DNA of 64,000 nucleotides from Stylophora pistillata (lineage: Eukaryota): assembly GCF_002571385.2 (NCBI RefSeq), contig NW_019217912.1:42023-106022 (forward strand), in the 5' to 3' direction. Positions 58,348-64,000 of this stretch are shown piece after piece; the stretch's first letter is position 1; each line of letters starts with the position of its first letter. Below the pieces are notes generated by a model that saw nothing but the letters and a program-made list of their open reading frames with translations, did not search any database and was not told the DNA's origin. The translations under genes and the position numbers were made by a program.

Positions 58348-58430
58348 TGACTGACGTTTCGACAACCTGTGCGGAAGCCACCACTTGACTCTGATGATGA
58401 CTTCCGCACGGGTTTTCGAAACGTCAGTCA
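58348..58430. repeat. Palindromic Penelope-type repeat containing CTGATGA...GAAAC
   Basis: About 30-bp arms TGACTGACGTTTCGACAACCTGTGCGGAAG / CTTCCGCACGGGTTTTCGAAACGTCAGTCA. Confidence 0.7.
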
Positions 58431-58798
58431 CAATGTGGAGGAGATCATGAAATGATAAGTATATCACTGAGATGATGCGTTGAATTGGAACACCATGATC
58501 GATGGAAAGCTGTCAGTAATAAAGTTGGCTGTGATATTGATTTTGATAATGGTTAACATCGTTGCCATGCGAGACAATAAGAGGGTCTGCAACTATAGGA
58601 AAATTCATTGGCGTTGTTACAGGATCCCACTTGGCCATTCTATTGATTTTATTGGAAACTGGTCTTTAAATTTCGGTTCTTTGGATGTATTTAGAGCAAC
58701 TAGGCTAACTAACTAATTGAACTAATTGTGTTTTTTTTCCTCCTTCATTGTTTTAAAGCATCGATACTACGATATTACTGACGTAAAATGTGTTGTAA

Positions 58799-60303
58799 GG
58801 TAGTTTGGAAAATATGGAANNNNNNNNNNNNNNNNNNNNNNNNNNNNNNNNNNNNNNNNNNNNNNNNNNNNNNNNNNNNNNNNNNNNNNNNNNNNNNNNN
58901 NNNNNNNNNNNNNNNNNNNNNNNNNNNNNNNNNNNNNNNNNNNNNNNNNNNNNNNNNNNNNNNNNNNNNNNNNNNNNNNNNNNNNNNNNNNNNNNNNNNN
59001 NNNNNNNNNNNNNNNNNNNNNNNNNNNNNNNNNNNNNNNNNNNNNNNNNNNNNNNNNNNNNNNNNNNNNNNNNNNNNNNNNNNNNNNNNNNNNNNNNNNN
59101 NNNNNNNNNNNNNNNNNNNNNNNNNNNNNNNNNNNNNNNNNNNNNNNNNNNNNNNNNNNNNNNNNNNNNNNNNNNNNNNNNNNNNNNNNNNNNNNNNNNN
59201 NNNNNNNNNNNNNNNNNNNNNNNNNNNNNNNNNNNNNNNNNNNNNNNNNNNNNNNNNNNNNNNNNNNNNNNNNNNNNNNNNNNNNNNNNNNNNNNNNNNN
59301 NNNNNNNNNNNNNNNNNNNNNNNNNNNNNNNNNNNNNNNNNNNNNNNNNNNNNNNNNNNNNNNNNNNNNNNNNNNNNNNNNNNNNNNNNNNNNNNNNNNN
59401 NNNNNNNNNNNNNNNNNNNNNNNNNNNNNNNNNNNNNNNNNNNNNNNNNNNNNNNNNNNNNNNNNNNNNNNNNNNNNNNNNNNNNNNNNNNNNNNNNNNN
59501 NNNNNNNNNNNNNNNNNNNNNNNNNNNNNNNNNNNNNNNNNNNNNNNNNNNNNNNNNNNNNNNNNNNNNNNNNNNNNNNNNNNNNNNNNNNNNNNNNNNN
59601 NNNNNNNNNNNNNNNNNNNNNNNNNNNNNNNNNNNNNNNNNNNNNNNNNNNNNNNNNNNNNNNNNNNNNNNNNNNNNNNNNNNNNNNNNNNNNNNNNNNN
59701 NNNNNNNNNNNNNNNNNNNNNNNNNNNNNNNNNNNNNNNNNNNNNNNNNNNNNNNNNNNNNNNNNNNNNNNNNNNNNNNNNNNNNNNNAATAAAAACACT
59801 TATCAAAGTCATCGTGAAGTACTTACACTGACTCGTTTGCGCTTTGGTTTTAGAGTTTCAATTGCAACGAAGTCATCTTTGTTTGTTTTTTGACTTGTTC
59901 TGGTCTTTCGACTTTCAATTTCCTTCTTGAACTCAAATATGGATGGATTGTAAGCCGAATGTGCAGGATCATCGGACTTTTCTCCTCCGACGAAGTGAGC
60001 TGAGCACAATCGAGTGTTGTCTGTTGGTGAAAAATCTTGTCGGCGAATTCTATTTAACCAAGCATTTCTTCGCTTAGATTCTTTCGGAATTCTGTAAAAC
60101 TTGAGATTTGGGTTTCTTTTCCGATTATTTGAGCAGCTTGGAGCACAGCAAAAGTCGTTTTTTCCCATGTAAATTACGATGATATATAAGAGTTTTGCAA
60201 ACAGATATGGCGTCCTTAGCTTTGTTGTCAGACTGGTTACCCCCCAAGGCGCAAGGGATTATGGGGATGTGAAAGAAGAGAATTCCAAATTTTCCAAACT
60301 ACC
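58799..60303 (-). mobile_element. THAP-domain DNA transposon (interior mostly gap)
   Basis: 21-bp inverted ends GGTAGTTTGGAAAAT(A/T)TGGAA; no clear TSD. Confidence 0.65.
59809..60168 (-). CDS. THAP zinc-finger exon
   Basis: CCAPSC..FYRIP..RR.AW..IRR..RLCSAHF..PSIF. Confidence 0.88.
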   Translation of the reverse strand: MGKNDFCCAPSCSNNRKRNPNLKFYRIPKESKRRNAWLNRIRRQDFSPTDNTRLCSAHFVGGEKSDDPAHSAYNPSIFEFKKEIESRKTRTSQKTNKDDFVAIETLKPKRKRVSVSTSR

Positions 60304-60861
60304 ACTGTAGTGTGAAAAATGTTCCTGCTAAGTGAAGCTTGCTGCAAATATTGACCAATCCCCGTCGGGATAATTACACAAGTCAGGCTTGTTAGTTTTA
60401 ATTTCGTGGTCATTCACGAGATCAGGTAGAGGAAGGGTTTTCAAAATTCACAAGGCAATCGATTATTGCCCACGAGCCAGCCGAGCGAAGACGCGAGGCT
60501 GGCAAGGCGGCAGCATCATAGAGCCGTGCGAAAGTACTGTGCAGGCGGAAAAAGTCTCGAGTGATTTAGAGACATGGAAAAGAGGTGTCGATTGTCTTGT
60601 AACGGACCAATCGTAGCGCGCAGAGATTGTGACGTTAAGTCCGCATGGTTCTTATCGTCGATGCTCAGCAGCTTTGGCATTCAATTCATTGAGCGGAGTT
60701 GTCATCAAGTTTGTTTTGATTGCTTGCTCGTTGGCACTAAGCTCAGAACTCCATTTCAGCGCACAGTTCATAAAAACTCCTAGCAGCTGGCGTAGAAAAA
60801 GGATGGCCGACCCTGGTAACACTAAGAAGTAAGTGTCGAGAAATTAGTAAGAGAAATTAAT

Positions 60862-61017
60862 GGGTAAAGGTAACGAATCTGATCCAACCGACGCGTCGGC
60901 CGACACACTACCGACACACCACCGATGCTGTACAAACAGCCGCTGTCGAACCTGGCTTTTCGAACCTGGTTTTTCGAAGGTGACGACGTCGGTTGGATCA
61001 GATTCGTTACCTTACCC
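60862..61017. mobile_element. 156-bp MITE
   Basis: TIRs GGGTAA(A)GGTAACGAATCTGATCCAACCGACG; AAT on both flanks. Confidence 0.8.
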
Positions 61018-61190
61018 AATTAATGCGTCACGCACTAAGGGAAAACTTCAAATCTCTCGTTATTTGTACTAAATTTCAATTTAGTTTGAATCATTCCGCC
61101 AGGGCGAGTTCTCTTTGACGGCATGCGGTATGTTTTCATGTTATGAGAGATGGTTATTATTATTGTTTGACAAAATATATTTGGGATTTC

Positions 61191-62790
61191 ATCGCTGAAT
61201 CGAATTTGACTCCAGTATGAATTATCCAACTTTCGTTTCGGTCAGTCCTGTTCTGTCATCGAACTTAAGATTGCGAAAGGAAGTTGCGGAAAAATTTTTT
61301 ATGCAAATGCATAATTTTATACAATGAGTTTGATTTTGAGCTGACTAGCTGCGTAAGAGAGAAAACTTTGTTGAGATAATGTATCCTTTTGAAGTCACTT
61401 CTTGTAAAGAGTTTTTTGCGGAATCTTCCACCGCGCGCTGGTGACGCGACAAATTTAGAAAAATTGCATTACCGTCGCAAGCAAAAAAATCGCTCTTGTA
61501 GCTGCAGCTTAACATTGTGAGATATGGAACCGGGCTGCCTGTCAGTTTCACGGAATGAGTTCACTTCAAACAAGTTTCATTTATGACTATTCACACTGAT
61601 TCAAATTTCATTTGGTTTCATCACTCTTTGTCAGTCTCTGCTGCGACATTCTGTGTCTTGACCGACCCTCCCTGAACGAAAAGTAACTCCCTCCTCTTAC
61701 CCAGGGTACGATTTGACATAAACTCGCTTTCGCCAAATATTCAAATTTCGCGCTTATGCAGTAATCGGCTATGTTCGAATTGACCTCATGAATTTCACTA
61801 TTGTAATGGTAGCGAGTTTGAATTTCCCTCGTGAATTACTTAGTCATTNNNNNNNNNNNNNNNNNNNNNNNNNNNNNNNNNNNNNNNNNNNNNNNNNNNN
61901 NNNNNNNNNNNNNNNNNNNNNNNNNNNNNNNNNNNNNNNNNNNNNNNNNNNNNNNNNNNNNNNNNNNNNNNNNNNNNNNNNNNNNNNNNNNNNNNNNNNN
62001 NNNNNNNNNNNNNNNNNNNNNNNNNNNNNNNNNNNNNNNNNNNNNNNNNNNNNNNNNNNNNNNNNNNNNNNNNNNNNNNNNNNNNNNNNNNNNNNNNNNN
62101 NNNNNNNNNNNNNNNNNNNNNNNNNNNNNNNNNNNNNNNNNNNNNNNNNNNNNNNNNNNNNNNNNNNNNNNNNNNNNNNNNNNNNNNNNNNNNNNNNNNN
62201 NNNNNNNNNNNNNNNNNNNNNNNNATCGCTGAATCGAATTTGACTCCAGTATGAATTATCCAACTTTCGTTTCGGTCAGTCCTGTTCTGTCATCGAACTT
62301 AAGATTGCGAAAGGAAGTTGCGGAAAAATTTTTTATGCAAATGCATAATTTTATACAATGAGTTTGATTTTGAGCTGACTAGCTACGTAAGAGAGAAAAC
62401 TTTGTTGAGATAATGTATCCTTTTGAAGTCACTTCTTGTAAAGAGATTTTTGCGGAATCTCCCACCGCGCGCTGGCGACGCGACAAATTTAGAAAAATTG
62501 CATCACCATCGCAAGCAAAAAATGAACTATGTTTTGAATTTATGACAAATTTTAATCTTTTTAGATGAAACAACTTAGGGGTTCGACTCCAAATTCGACT
62601 CCAAAACTGAATTACCGCAAGTTTGTTTCAGTTAGCCTTGTTCTGTCTTCAAACATCAGATGTGGAAGAGAATTGCGGAAAAATCTTTATGCAAATATAC
62701 AATGAGATTGGTTTTTAAATGAATAGCTGCGTAGGAGGAAAAACTTTGTTATAATAATGTATCCTTTTGAAATTACTTCTTATAAAAGAG
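61191..62790. repeat. About 300-bp direct duplication across a gap (61191-61490 and 62225-62520) plus a diverged third copy
   Basis: Near-identical sequence in both positions. Confidence 0.8.
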
Positions 62791-64000
62791 ATCCCGGCTT
62801 CAGTTCTCAACCGTTACTCCTTTTGGTTTCTACATGGTGGAGGTGATTCTTAGGACGTGTTTAACACATCGGGTCCACCATGTTGTGTTATTTGAATCGT
62901 CTTCCTTATCACGTCCTCTTGAGTGGCTCAAAACCTGCATTCTTTGACTATGTAAATAAGATATTCCGATGTCACTGTTTTCATACCTTTAGCCCTTGAC
63001 ACCTCAATATCAGTATGCATATTCTCCATACTATTCTCTTTCCTGAGGTGCTGAAAAATAGAATATGCTTATGATAACAAAAAGAGCTTCTTAAACTGGT
63101 GATAATTTCCTTTATTCTCCTAACTTTACTGTGTGATTCAGGGCTGATTTTGTAAGGAGAAATTGATGCTACTTTTTTTTAGGAGTTAAAGGATTAATAG
63201 GGCAGCAAAGGGGTTGGTAAGAAGGGGGTTTGATCCCGTTTCATGCATGAATTTTTAGAGAAATTGACGCGTTTCATATAAAGGGAAAACTAAAACTCTC
63301 TCTTCTTTTGTGTAAGCTCTAAGTAAATCTTAAGGTTTTTACGGGTCACGTGTATTTCAGAATGGGAAATCATGCCTCACGTTGGACCCAGTTGTTCAAA
63401 GGCCGATTAGTAACATCCTTACATAAGCGTATGTATAGGGTCCTCGGGAATAATTGCGCTGAGATCAGTATTGATCGTGAGCTATATCGAGTTCATGTTA
63501 GCTTATTGCCTAATGAAGTTCGTTAATTTAGTTTGACACTATCCTTTTCAAACATTTTTGTGAGAAAATAAGGCAAGGCTTTTGGTACAACTACTTGACC
63601 TACTTGCACTCGGGATTTATTCACAAGTGTTCCGAGGTTGTCAAGCATGATCCTGAAAAGGATCAAAGGAGGTTCAACTCACTTGAATCCTTAATGGAGT
63701 GTTTAATTTTCATTTGGTCAATTTTCTTACAGTGTTCCTAGGAAGGGACCAACGGAGCCTTTAATGCCTCGGAGAGAACCATCACTAGAACCAGATGGCA
63801 ACTCTGGTTAGTAAGATTACAGAAAGTCTTTAGGATAAGTGAGCTTCATGGTAACTCGTCTTAATTCATAATTGATCTATGTGTTAAAGATGTCAGTTTT
63901 GATTAAGTTTGGTTTTTCTTGAATGGGAAAGAAATTTTCTCAACTATTGCCCATGGTTTGGTTGGGGTTAGATTTATCGAGATATTTACTTGGATTGCGC

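Noticed and set aside
58753-59893. Long ORFs of about 350 aa (also those at 22.2, 25.9, 33.1 and 61.8 kb)
   Set aside because: Made of N gaps
61191-62520. Biologically meaningful duplication
   Set aside because: Copies flank a scaffold gap; haplotype or assembly redundancy is as likely

Overview
Animal genomic DNA, AT-rich and intron-containing, with assembly gaps. The repeat types suggest a cnidarian, probably a stony coral (inference). The left half (about 3.5-32 kb) holds four minus-strand cell-surface receptor genes: 4xCUB-TM, SRCR-FN3-FN3-Ig-TM, and two tandem apextrin(ApeC)-CUB-TM paralogs. At 33819-53618 sits an apparently complete 19.8-kb Polinton/Maverick (adintovirus-like endogenous virus) with AGTAGT termini, an exact 6-bp TGAACA target duplication and TIRs of at least 977 bp. 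It encodes pPolB, integrase, packaging ATPase, adenain-type protease, major and minor capsid, a PLA2 protein, core proteins, a collagen fibre and accessory genes. Main finding: the integrase and protease frames have no AUG upstream of their first catalytic residue. Each begins in the -1 frame under the 3' end of a virion-protein gene, with an in-frame A_AAA_AAG/C slippery heptamer in the overlap. Two further junctions show the same pattern, suggesting a Gag-Pol-like -1 frameshift system in a DNA virus. Also notable: a palindromic repeat-spacer array in the TIRs, hairpins at most gene boundaries, a duplicated NCLDV-type SSB whose second copy carries pieces of the core-protein gene, and Rho_N/HEH-like DNA-binding modules. 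The right end holds LINE and Penelope debris with hammerhead motifs, a THAP transposon and MITEs. All protein calls come from motif recognition only; no searches were run. Host exon limits are approximate.
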